The notes beneath the pieces were generated by a model. That model made no database searches. It saw nothing but the letters and a program-made list of their open reading frames with translations, and was not told the origin of the DNA. This document shows positions 1-8,223 of a stretch of DNA of 64,000 nucleotides, in pieces; the stretch's first letter is position 1, and each line of letters begins with the position of its first letter. The DNA is taken from assembly GCA_965243255.1 (NCBI GenBank), contig CBDEUH010000004.1:580456-644455 (forward strand), given 5' to 3'. The DNA comes from Dehalococcoidia bacterium (lineage in GTDB: Bacteria > Chloroflexota > Dehalococcoidia > Lucifugimonadales > UBA3495). A program made the translations under genes and the position numbers.

Positions 1-165
1 CCATGGGCGTGGTGCCGGCGTGGTCAAAGTAGATGTGGTTCTGCGTGGTCATTGCGCAAGCCAACTAGCGATATTTTAGCATAGGGCCGCGGTTGCCAGC
101 CTTGCTACCCTGACTACCGCCGGCTATATTGTGGCGCAGTCTTGACCAGTCCCGAGGTACATAGA

Positions 166-1023
166 ATGGCTCTAGCGGAAATCAACGGTTATCGGATGCA
201 CTACGAGGTCTTCGGCGAAGACGACGCGCCGGTCTTGGCGCTGATTCATGGAGGTCTTGGTGGCGGCGACGGCAGCCGCGACACCATCAACCAGCAGGCT
301 GCGGCGTTGTCGGCGGAGTACCGCCTTGTATTCTACGACCGCCGGGCCTGTGGACAGTCGGACGCGCCGCCGGATGGGTACGACATGGCCAACTGTGCCC
401 GTGACTTGAAGGGCCTGCTGGAACAACTGGGCATTGCCAGGGCCCACATCCTGGGTTCGTCGGCCGGAGGGCCGATTGCCATGCAGTTCGCCCTGGACTA
501 CCCCGATATGACCGATACGCTGATCCTGATCAACACAATGACCTATTCACAGGAGGCGCAGCGGGAAGTGCGCCGCCAGGAACTGCGCCGGCTCAAGGAA
601 CGCATGGCGTCCGAGGGCCGTTCTGCGGCAGTGGAGCGCAGCTTGTCCGACCGTTTCCCCCAGATGGCCCAGGACGACCCGGCTCGTTTTGCGCGCATTG
701 TGCAGGAGAACCTGGAGCGCCTGGATGGAATCGCCGCCACCCACCAGGCATACGTTGACATCGGCGACTCGCTGGAAAGTCGCCTTGGTGAGTTGAAGAT
801 GCCGGTGTCAATCGTGCACGGCGACCAGGACAGCCGGATACCCGTTGAGTGCGGGTACAGCCTGAACGACGGGATTCAACAGGCCGAGCTGTTCGTCATC
901 GCTGGCGCCGAGCACGGACTGATGACCAATGACGCCGCCGAGCGTACTCGTAGCGCGATTACAACGTGGCTGCGGAAGGTGCAAGGGGCGAACAAAGCGA
1001 CAGCGGCGGCCGAAACCGCATAG
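166..1023 (+). CDS. alpha/beta-fold hydrolase
   Basis: ORF 142..1023. HGGLGGG and GSSAGG (G-x-S-x-G nucleophile elbow) motifs. ATG at 166 has GAGG ~8 nt upstream; TTG at 142 is an alternative start. Confidence 0.8.
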   Translation: MALAEINGYRMHYEVFGEDDAPVLALIHGGLGGGDGSRDTINQQAAALSAEYRLVFYDRRACGQSDAPPDGYDMANCARDLKGLLEQLGIARAHILGSSAGGPIAMQFALDYPDMTDTLILINTMTYSQEAQREVRRQELRRLKERMASEGRSAAVERSLSDRFPQMAQDDPARFARIVQENLERLDGIAATHQAYVDIGDSLESRLGELKMPVSIVHGDQDSRIPVECGYSLNDGIQQAELFVIAGAEHGLMTNDAAERTRSAITTWLRKVQGANKATAAAETA

Positions 1024-1047
1024 ACACGAAAGCATGGAGGCAGTTTA

Positions 1048-1452
1048 ATGTCCACCGTTGGGATTGACCACATCGCGATGCCCACCGCCGACGCGGAGCG
1101 GCTGATTGCGTTTTACAAGAAGCTGGGGTTTGACATCAACGACGAGGAGGCATGGCGGGCCGGCACTGCCAACATCTTCTCCATCCAGGTTGGCGATTCG
1201 AAAATCAACGTGCATCCGGAGGGCTACATGGCCAACTTCCGTGGACCGACGGCGGTGCCCGGCTGTGCCGACATCTGTTTCGTCTGGGGAGGCACGGTGG
1301 AGGAATGCCGCCAGATGCTGGCCGACGCCGGGGTGGATATCGTTAGTTCCGGCCCACGCAAGGGTGGCCGACAGCGCGGCCTGGCGCCCTCGTACAGCCT
1401 CTACGCTCGCGACCCGGACAACAACCTGCTGGAATGGATGACTTACGAGTAA
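1048..1452 (+). CDS. glyoxalase/bleomycin-resistance/dioxygenase (VOC) family protein
   Basis: 134 aa. N-terminal GIDHIAMPT...FYKKLGF is typical of the VOC fold. GGAGG RBS precedes the ATG. Confidence 0.75.
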   Translation: MSTVGIDHIAMPTADAERLIAFYKKLGFDINDEEAWRAGTANIFSIQVGDSKINVHPEGYMANFRGPTAVPGCADICFVWGGTVEECRQMLADAGVDIVSSGPRKGGRQRGLAPSYSLYARDPDNNLLEWMTYE

Positions 1453-1479
1453 TCGACGAAACGAAAAAGGAGCACGATT

Positions 1480-3153
1480 ATGGCGCGGATGCTCGGCAAA
1501 CACGCATTGGCGGAGATGCTGGTCGCAGAGGGTGTTGAGTACATCTTCGGCAACCCCGGCACCAGCGAAACCCCCTTCCTGGACGGGCTGCAGGATTACC
1601 CCCAGTTGCAGTACGTGCAGGCGCTGCAGGAAGGCACGGCTGTAGGCATGGCCGACGGGTACGCCCGTGCCACGGGCAAGCCGGCCTTCGCGAACATCCA
1701 CATCGCCGGCGGGTTGGCCAACGGCATCAGCGGCCTGTACAACGCCTTCCGGGGCGGCACGCCCCTGGTGCTCACGGCGGGGAACTCGGACACGCGGATG
1801 CTGATCAGCGAGCCGGTGCTGTCGGGCGACCTGGTGGAGATGACCGAGCAGTACACCAAGTGGAGCGTTGAAGTCCGCCACGCCTCGGACATACCGGTGG
1901 CCATCCGTCGGGCCTTCAAGGAGGCCAAGACGCCGCCCACCGGCCCGGTGTTCATATCCTTCCCCTGGGACACCCTTGACGAGGAAATCGACTTTGAGCC
2001 TGTGTCGTCGTCGGACGGGTATTTTCGCATCCGGCCCGACGCGGCGGCGGTGGCGCGGGCTACGGAGCTGCTGGCGACCGCGGAAAACCCCGTCATCGTG
2101 GTCGGCGACCGAGTGGCCCAGGCGGACGCAGTGGGGCAGGTGGTGCGCGTCGCCGAACAGACCGGCGCGCGGGTGCTGGCTACGTCGTATTCGGAGGTCA
2201 ACTTCCCGACGGCGCATCCCCAGTGGGGCGGTATGCTCAACCTGAACAGCGCGGCGACGGCCTGGCAGCTTGAGAAGGCCGACGTCGTGCTAGCGGTGGG
2301 CACGGACGTCTTCGCGTCGTTCCTGTACGTTGACGAACCCTTCTTGCAGCCGGAAACGCGGCTGATTCACCTGGACAGCAACTACTGGGAGATTGAGAAG
2401 AGCTATCCCACCGAGGTCGGCATCATGGCCGACCCTGCGGCGGGTCTGGCCGACCTGGCCGAATCGCTGGACGGCAACATGACCGGCGGCCAGCGGGAAG
2501 CGGCAGCGACGCGGGCGGCCACCCTGGCGGCGGCGCGGCAGCGCGACAACGAACGCTACCAGGACCGCATCAAGGCAACTTGGGACAATCGTCCGATGCC
2601 GGTGGAGCGGATGATGCACGAACTGGCCGCCGCCGTGCCGGCCGACACCATCATCGCCGACGAAGCGGTAACGTCGCGGCCGGCGTTGAACCGGGCTTTC
2701 GACTTTGAAAAGCCTGGCGACATCTACGGCATCCGGGGCGGCGCGCTGGGTTGGGCCATGCCGGGCGCGCTGGGCGTCAAGCTGGCCCATCCCGACCGGC
2801 CGGTGCTGGCCGTGGTGGGCGACGGCGCTTCGATGTACACGGTGCAGGCGTTGTGGACGGCCAGCCGCTACAACATCCCGGTGGTGTACGCCATCTGCAA
2901 CAACCAGGCTTACCGCATCCTCAAGGTGAACATGGAAGTGTACCTGCGGAATATGCTGAAGGACCGGGAGCGGGACAGCGATTACGTCGGCATGGACTTC
3001 GCCAACCGACTGGACCTGGCAATGATGGCCCAGGCCATGGGCGTGCCCGGCGAGCGCGTAGACGACCCGGCGGAAATCAGGCCGGCCATCCAGCGGGCGT
3101 TTGAGAGCGGGAGGCCGGCGCTGCTGGATATAACGATCAGCGGGACCCTGTAG
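1480..3153 (+). CDS. thiamine-pyrophosphate-dependent enzyme (acetolactate synthase/benzoylformate decarboxylase-like)
   Basis: 557 aa. Has an N-terminal TPP-pyrimidine domain and a C-terminal GDGASMY...NNQAY TPP-binding motif. AGGAG RBS. Confidence 0.85.
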   Translation: MARMLGKHALAEMLVAEGVEYIFGNPGTSETPFLDGLQDYPQLQYVQALQEGTAVGMADGYARATGKPAFANIHIAGGLANGISGLYNAFRGGTPLVLTAGNSDTRMLISEPVLSGDLVEMTEQYTKWSVEVRHASDIPVAIRRAFKEAKTPPTGPVFISFPWDTLDEEIDFEPVSSSDGYFRIRPDAAAVARATELLATAENPVIVVGDRVAQADAVGQVVRVAEQTGARVLATSYSEVNFPTAHPQWGGMLNLNSAATAWQLEKADVVLAVGTDVFASFLYVDEPFLQPETRLIHLDSNYWEIEKSYPTEVGIMADPAAGLADLAESLDGNMTGGQREAAATRAATLAAARQRDNERYQDRIKATWDNRPMPVERMMHELAAAVPADTIIADEAVTSRPALNRAFDFEKPGDIYGIRGGALGWAMPGALGVKLAHPDRPVLAVVGDGASMYTVQALWTASRYNIPVVYAICNNQAYRILKVNMEVYLRNMLKDRERDSDYVGMDFANRLDLAMMAQAMGVPGERVDDPAEIRPAIQRAFESGRPALLDITISGTL

Positions 3154-3156
3154 GAA

Positions 3157-3636
3157 TCAATCCGGCTGCTCCGCCATGGCCAGCACTTCGGCCCATTCCC
3201 CCGGGGTTACGGGCTGGATGGAGAGGCGCTGGCCGCGCTTGGTTACCAGCATCTCGGAGAGGGCCGGGTTGGCTTTCAACTCGTTCAGGCTGACGAAGCG
3301 GGGGAGACGCCGCTCGGCCTTGATGTCCACCATCATCCAGGTGGGGTTGGCAGAGTCGGATTTGGGGTCGTAGTAGCGGGAATCGGGGTTCCAGGCCGAG
3401 TCGTCGGGGTAGGCTTCGGCGACGATTCGGGCGATGCCGACCACGCCCGGCGGTTTGGCGTTGCTGTGGTAGAACAGGACGTAGTCGCCGACCTTCATGT
3501 CGTCCCGCATGAAGTTGCGGGCCTGGTAGTTGCGGACTCCATCCCATTCGGCGGTCTGGTCGTCTTCGGATTCCAGGTTGTCGTAGGAATACGAAGAGGG
3601 TTCGGACTTGAAGAGCCAGTAGCGTGGTTCGGGCAT
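3157..3636 (-). CDS. EVE (PUA-like) domain protein
   Basis: 159 aa. YWLFKSEP...WDGVRNYQARNFMR...VLFYHSN is the characteristic EVE-domain signature. Confidence 0.8.
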   Translation of the reverse strand: MPEPRYWLFKSEPSSYSYDNLESEDDQTAEWDGVRNYQARNFMRDDMKVGDYVLFYHSNAKPPGVVGIARIVAEAYPDDSAWNPDSRYYDPKSDSANPTWMMVDIKAERRLPRFVSLNELKANPALSEMLVTKRGQRLSIQPVTPGEWAEVLAMAEQPD

Positions 3637-3662
3637 TTGCTCAGCTCCAACAACGATGCAGA

Positions 3663-4007
3663 TTACACGGCGTCGGGGCCGTGCTCGCCGGTGCGGATGC
3701 GGATGGCGTCGTTGACCGTGTAGATGAAGATTTTGCCGTCGCCGGGGTTGCCGGTGATGGCGTTGGTGCGAATGATGTCCACCGCCTTATCGGTGTCATC
3801 GTCGTTCACCACAACCTCCAGTTTGACCTTGGGCAGCATATCGATGTGGTAGGTGCCCAGGCCGCGGGCGGCGGTAACTTCCACGCCGCCCTGGGCGCCG
3901 CGTCCGCTCACCTGGGTTACGGTGAGGCCGATGATGCCAGCGTCGCTCAGGGCGTTCTTGATGCTGTCCAGACGCTCGGGACGGAATATCGCTTCAACTT
4001 TAATCAT
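3663..4007 (-). CDS. P-II family nitrogen regulatory protein
   Basis: The inner ATG (MIKVEAIFRPERLD...) gives a ~114-aa product colinear with GlnB/GlnK, including GDGKIFIY...IRIRTGE. The track ORF 3663..4115 is over-extended at the N-terminus. Confidence 0.85.
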   Translation of the reverse strand: MIKVEAIFRPERLDSIKNALSDAGIIGLTVTQVSGRGAQGGVEVTAARGLGTYHIDMLPKVKLEVVVNDDDTDKAVDIIRTNAITGNPGDGKIFIYTVNDAIRIRTGEHGPDAV

Positions 4008-4037
4008 TGGGTTCGCTCCTCGTGCCTCCCGGGTTAT

Positions 4038-4066
4038 GGATTCCGGATTGAGTCCGGAATGACGGG
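4038..4066. repeat. REP-like hairpin (GGATTCCGGA-TTGAG-TCCGGAATGACGGG)
   Basis: Perfect 8-bp stem ATTCCGGA/TCCGGAAT with a 5-nt loop, in an intergenic position. Related copies lie at 8164, 52704 and (partial) 60055. Confidence 0.7.
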
Positions 4067-4072
4067 AAAGGG

Positions 4073-5701
4073 TTAGCGTCGGATTTGAATGCCGGCGGCT
4101 TCCCGGTCGAAGCAACCGGCGATCAGGTCTTCCCGCTCCTGGCGCAGCACGTCCTTGCGCACGCGCAGGCTGGGAGTGCGGGGGAGTTCGTCGCGGATTT
4201 CAATATAACGCGGGACTTTGAAATACGCCAGATTTTCGGCGCACCAGTGGACCACTTCCTCGGGCTGCACCGACTCGCCGGGCCGGGGTGTGATGTAAGC
4301 CTTCACTTCGTCCTCGCCCAGGTCGGAGGGGACGGCGATGATGGCGCAGTCCAGGACGCGCTCGTGGCGCTTGATGACGTCTTCCACCTCCTGGGAGGAG
4401 ATGTTTTCGCCCCGGCGGCGGATGACGTCCTTCTTGCGGTCAACGAAGTAGAGGTAGTCGTCATCGTCCTGCCAGCCCAGGTCGCCGGTGAAGAGCCAGC
4501 CGTCGCGCAGGGAGGCGTTGGTTTCGGTTTCGTTGCGCCAGTAGCCGGCCATGGTGGCCGGATTGCGGATAGTGATTTCGCCGGGCGTGCCGTTGGCCAC
4601 GGGGCCGCCGGCGTCGTCCACGATGCGGACGGTGTTCTCAAAGGCCGGGTCGGGATGGCGGCGAGGTTGGCCGGAGGAATTGGGACGGCGCTGGCCGCGG
4701 ATGGCCTCGATGGTTCCGTAGCAGGTCTCGGTCATGCCGAACCCGACGATGATGTCGGTGCCGAAACGCTGCTCAAAGTCGGCGAGGAACTCCGGTGAGA
4801 AGGCCGGCGAGCCGTAGAATAGGCGGACGGTGTTGTCGGCGTCGTTGGGCTGGCGGTCGTTCTTGGCCAGGACGGGCATCATCATGCCGATGAAGTTGAC
4901 CACGGTGGCCCGGGCGTCGCGCACCTGCTGCCAGAAGCGGGAGGCGCTGAATCGGTCCTGGACGATGAGGGTGGCGCCGGAGGCCAGGGTGCCCATGGTG
5001 CTGTAGTACTGGGCGTTGGCGTGGAAGTAGGGCAGGCAGGTGAAAAAGCGGTCGTCGGCGGTGGCCTGGGTCCACAGGGCGAACCCCTGGCCGGCGGACA
5101 CGTACATCTGGTGGGTAACCTGCACTCCCTTGGGGTTGCCGGTGGTGCCGGAGGTGTACTGGAGCATGGAGATGTCGGTGGGGGCCACGGCGGGCAGTTC
5201 CGTAAGCTCGGGCGAACCGTCCAGCAATTGGCCGTAGTCCTGCCAGCCGGCGGCGGGGCTGCCGCCCACGGCCAGGCGATGCTGTACGCAGTCTGCGATG
5301 TCGGCGGCCTGGGTCGCAATGTCGGCCAGGCTGTCGTGGGCGACCAGTGCGGATGCCTCGGCGTTGTTGAGGATGTAGGCCATTTCGTCGCGGCGGTAGG
5401 CGGTGTTGATGGTAACGGCGATGCCGCCGATGAGGGACAGGCCGAACCAGGTGTAGAGCACTTCGGGCACGTTGGGCAGGAACAGGCAGACCCGGTCGCC
5501 GTGGCCGATGCCCAGGCTGCGGAACATACTGGAGGCCTGTCGGCAGCGCCGCATGAAGTCGCCGTAGGTAATCTGCCGGCCGTCAATCTCCACGAACACC
5601 TTGTCAGGATGGACGGCGGTGACGATCTCCAGGAACTCGCCCAGGGATTTCTCCCAGGAGCGGCGGCCGGGCAGGGGCTCCAGGCCGAGAACGGTAGTCA
5701 T
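4073..5701 (-). CDS. AMP-dependent acyl-CoA synthetase/ligase
   Basis: 542 aa. Has the AMP-binding signature YTSGTTGNPKGV and a C-terminal adenylate-forming domain. Confidence 0.9.
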   Translation of the reverse strand: MTTVLGLEPLPGRRSWEKSLGEFLEIVTAVHPDKVFVEIDGRQITYGDFMRRCRQASSMFRSLGIGHGDRVCLFLPNVPEVLYTWFGLSLIGGIAVTINTAYRRDEMAYILNNAEASALVAHDSLADIATQAADIADCVQHRLAVGGSPAAGWQDYGQLLDGSPELTELPAVAPTDISMLQYTSGTTGNPKGVQVTHQMYVSAGQGFALWTQATADDRFFTCLPYFHANAQYYSTMGTLASGATLIVQDRFSASRFWQQVRDARATVVNFIGMMMPVLAKNDRQPNDADNTVRLFYGSPAFSPEFLADFEQRFGTDIIVGFGMTETCYGTIEAIRGQRRPNSSGQPRRHPDPAFENTVRIVDDAGGPVANGTPGEITIRNPATMAGYWRNETETNASLRDGWLFTGDLGWQDDDDYLYFVDRKKDVIRRRGENISSQEVEDVIKRHERVLDCAIIAVPSDLGEDEVKAYITPRPGESVQPEEVVHWCAENLAYFKVPRYIEIRDELPRTPSLRVRKDVLRQEREDLIAGCFDREAAGIQIRR

Positions 5702-5881
5702 GGTGATAGCTCTATGAATTCCCGCCCCGTGCCAAGTATGGGATGAAGTGTTTGCGCGGGAATGGCGGGAGGTGTCATTGCAGGTGAATTCACGCTATCA
5801 CGCAGGCCGGGCGGGGTCAATAGCGGCGAACCGTGGCGGCGCTGGGAGAGAGGCGGGGGTGGGGTTTGGGGGTTTTCGGTT

Positions 5882-6258
5882 TCATTGGGGTTGGCTCCTT
5901 TAGCTTGGTTTGGGGATTTCGGTTTTCGGTAAGTTGGGCAGCCTGCTTGAGGTAAGGTGGTCGTTGTCAGCCCCACGGCCGGGGGAGTTACGCAAGGGGG
6001 TTTATACCCTCCGAGTGGGTGAGCCTAATGAGAGCGTCCAGTTCAGAGGTAGCCACCGTTAAGATTCGCACGGGTCATTTGTTAGCCGTACACGACGCAG
6101 TGGGTAGCGCGCTGGAACAAGCGTGGTCTTGCGATTTGGAGATGCTGACGGTTGTGGCCGTTGACGACCGAACTAACCGGGTGTGGTAGGTTCTTGATTT
6201 ACCTCGTTGCAGGCTGTGGGATACCGATGGTTTCGCTAGCGATGGGGCCATTATGAAC
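5882..6258 (+). repeat. conserved non-coding module, copy A (blocks 1-4 plus ~64-nt units)
   Basis: Blocks are shared with 43970-44415: a 37-nt identical run 5949-5985, a 31-nt identical run 6143-6173, and a 63-nt block 6196-6258 with 3 mismatches. Contains the palindrome TCGCTAGCGA at 6233-6242. Confidence 0.85.
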
Positions 6259-6383
6259 AGGTGTTCGGTAATATGTCAAGCGTTAGGTGTCACTGGATTG
6301 CCAGAATGAACGAGGTGGCGGGTTTTGGCTTGACGTGGCTGGCGTGTCATCGGCAGAATGGAAGCGGGACAATCCACAGGAGT

Positions 6384-6617
6384 ATGGCAATGGCTAGGAC
6401 TAAAGAGCAATTTTCCGGTCAGGCCTCGCCGGAGTTGCTGGCGGCAATGCGGAGCATCGCACGGGCAAAGGGCTGTGATTTTGAGGCTGCGCTGGAGGAG
6501 GCGATGCAGGAGTACGTCGCGAGCCAGAGCGCAGAGAAGGTACAGCCGGAAGCGGTAGCCCACTTCCGGGCGAGCCTGGAGCGCAACCGACGCCTCTACG
6601 AGTTGCTGGCCCAATGA
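6384..6617 (+). CDS. ribbon-helix-helix type antitoxin (partner of Doc)
   Basis: 77 aa from the ATG at 6384, with GGAG just upstream (ATG at 6390 is an alternative). Has an RHH-like N-terminus. Its stop overlaps the Doc start by 4 nt (ATGA). Confidence 0.7.
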   Translation: MAMARTKEQFSGQASPELLAAMRSIARAKGCDFEAALEEAMQEYVASQSAEKVQPEAVAHFRASLERNRRLYELLAQ

Positions 6618-6991
6618 CCCGTAATTTCCTTACAACCGAAACGGTCATCGTCATCCATGACATTTTGATTGAAGAGACCGGCGGGGCTGCCGGATTGCGG
6701 GACGCGGGAGCATTGGAATCAGCCATCATGCGACCGCAGATTGGGTACTACGACGGCATCATTGAGGAAGCAGCCGCACTCATGGAGAGCCTGGCCATTA
6801 ACCATCCCTTTGTGGACGGGAACAAACGTATTGCCCTGGCCGCTGCCGATGCGTTCCTGCGGATGAACGGGAAGTACATCGATTGCGACAGCGAGGAAGC
6901 TTACGAGCACTTCATGCATCTGTTTGATACCAACACGTTCCGGCTCGCTGAGCTGGCGGCGTGGCTCGAGGAAGCAGTGAAACCGCTCTGA
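6614..6991 (+). CDS. doc: Doc (death-on-curing) / Fic-domain toxin
   Basis: 125 aa. Carries the Fic/Doc motif HPFVDGNKR. Confidence 0.9.
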   Translation: MTRNFLTTETVIVIHDILIEETGGAAGLRDAGALESAIMRPQIGYYDGIIEEAAALMESLAINHPFVDGNKRIALAAADAFLRMNGKYIDCDSEEAYEHFMHLFDTNTFRLAELAAWLEEAVKPL

Positions 6992-7133
6992 TGAACGGCG
7001 TGGCTAGCGCAACTGCGCTAAAGTCGGGGCATGATTGCACCGGCAACCAGTAGGTGCTATGCGCGTACTGTCTCCTGGTGAAGGGGAATGCCTGGTGGAG
7101 AGGGGATTGGTGGCTTAAATTGGAGGGAAAACT

Positions 7134-8114
7134 ATGAAATCGCGAGCAAGGGAGCTTACGGACCGCGCTACATCTGCAATGTCCGCTGCAATTGAACTAT
7201 ACAACAAACCAGGATTTCCCTATCGCAGCGAATCCTTTGCGATCCTTGCTGTCAACGCATGGGAGCTATTGTTGAAAGCCAAGTGGTTGACCATTCATCA
7301 AAATAAAGAAGGTAGTTTGTACGTCCACGACTATCGAAGGAAAGCCAATGGGGAGTGGGGTCAGAAAAGTTATATTAGGAAGACTCGCTCCGGTGCGTCA
7401 TATACGCATGGCTTGGACTATTTGTCTAGCCAACTGGTTCATCGGGGCCTTCTCCATCCCTCTGCACATCGGAACATCGAGGTGATGCTGGAATTTCGTG
7501 ATTGCGCTGTTCACTTTTATACCCAATCACCGGAATTCAGAACACGTCTGCACGAGCTTGGCGCAGCCTGTGTCAAGAATTTCGCCACCGCTATGTATGA
7601 TTGGTTCGGAAGAGAACTATCCGAACTTGATCTGCACCTGATGCCGTTGGCATTCATTGACTTGCCCGCGAACGTGCATGGATCTTTGCTCAACGCCACA
7701 GAGAAGAATTTCTTGAAATTTTTGGAGGAGAAAGATGAAGATGAGGCTGATCAAATCTCTCCTTATACCGTCACCGTAAGTGTTAAAGTTAGCTTTGTGA
7801 AGTCCAAAGATAGCGATGCAATACTGGCTAGGGTTACGAATGATCCATCCGCAACGCCGATACGTCTCACGGACGATGAGTTCACAGCGAGATATCCATG
7901 GACCTACCTAACTTTAACGGGCAGGTGCGCACAACGTTACACCGACTTTAAACAGAACGCGGATTATCATTGCGTTCGCAAGCAATTGGAGCAAATACCA
8001 GGCTTTGCTAAGACGCGCTTCCTCAATCCAAACAACCCCGATAGTGCCAAGACAACCCGTTACAACCCAAGCATCCTGCAGGAATTTGACAAGCACTATA
8101 CGAAGAAAACGTAG
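7134..8114 (+). CDS. DUF3644-like protein
   Basis: 326 aa. N-terminal AIELYNKPGFPYRSESF...NAWELLLKAKW matches my recollection of the DUF3644 signature. GC is visibly lower than in the flanks. Confidence 0.65.
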   Translation: MKSRARELTDRATSAMSAAIELYNKPGFPYRSESFAILAVNAWELLLKAKWLTIHQNKEGSLYVHDYRRKANGEWGQKSYIRKTRSGASYTHGLDYLSSQLVHRGLLHPSAHRNIEVMLEFRDCAVHFYTQSPEFRTRLHELGAACVKNFATAMYDWFGRELSELDLHLMPLAFIDLPANVHGSLLNATEKNFLKFLEEKDEDEADQISPYTVTVSVKVSFVKSKDSDAILARVTNDPSATPIRLTDDEFTARYPWTYLTLTGRCAQRYTDFKQNADYHCVRKQLEQIPGFAKTRFLNPNNPDSAKTTRYNPSILQEFDKHYTKKT

Positions 8115-8163
8115 GCTTTGGAGATTTGCGGGGTGCAGCCTCGGAGAATCTGCGCCGCCCCTA

Positions 8164-8191
8164 GATTCCGGATGAAGTCCGAAATGACGGG
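8164..8191. repeat. degenerate REP-like hairpin (GATTCCGGA-TGAAG-TCCGAAATGACGGG)
   Basis: Same family as 4038-4066, with one stem mismatch. A second repeat type (ccttcgtcaggctcagaatgagcgg) follows; compare 40627-40651. Confidence 0.55.
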
Positions 8192-8223
8192 AGAGGATGG
8201 CAGCCCTTCGTCAGGCTCAGAAT

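Noticed and set aside
1045-2217. Long antisense or out-of-frame ORFs throughout the track (e.g. 1045..2217-, 9568..11127-, 13583..15520-, 21422..22519+, 27802..29514-, 30539..32425-, 34857..35966-, 55685..56893+, 60796..62121+).
   Set aside because: They lie opposite or overlapping genes with clear family signatures. They are Arg/Gly/Pro/Ala-rich low-complexity translations typical of shadow ORFs in GC-rich DNA.
5698-5976. ORFs inside the conserved non-coding modules (5698..5976-, 6261.. N-terminal extension, 44037..44315+, 44356..44607-).
   Set aside because: They are not conserved between the two module copies, because frames are broken by indels of non-multiple-of-3 length. The translations are repeat-derived and no RBS is present.
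5995-6004. Idea that the module's variable part carries guide segments matching its own insertion site (bridge-RNA-like). The matches are ggggttt at 5997-6003 vs core ggggtttgg, ggtgtt at 44110-44115 and ccgccaa x2-3 in the units vs att gggtgttggcggcg, and gctagcg in block 4 vs att gctagcg.
   Set aside because: The matches are only 6-7 nt long, in G/T-rich sequence, and several are expected by chance in 64 kb. The gctagcg match is present in both modules although only one islet uses that site, and no IS110-type recombinase is present. This stays a hypothesis to test, not a claim.
5934-6173. Integron attC-like site (inverted flanks around a variable centre, TA cassette downstream).
   Set aside because: I could not fit R''/R' core sites of the form RYYYAAC...GTTRRRY. 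The two loci are 38 kb apart within core genes rather than in a cassette array, there is no intI, and the islet at hisD has host-derived direct repeats.
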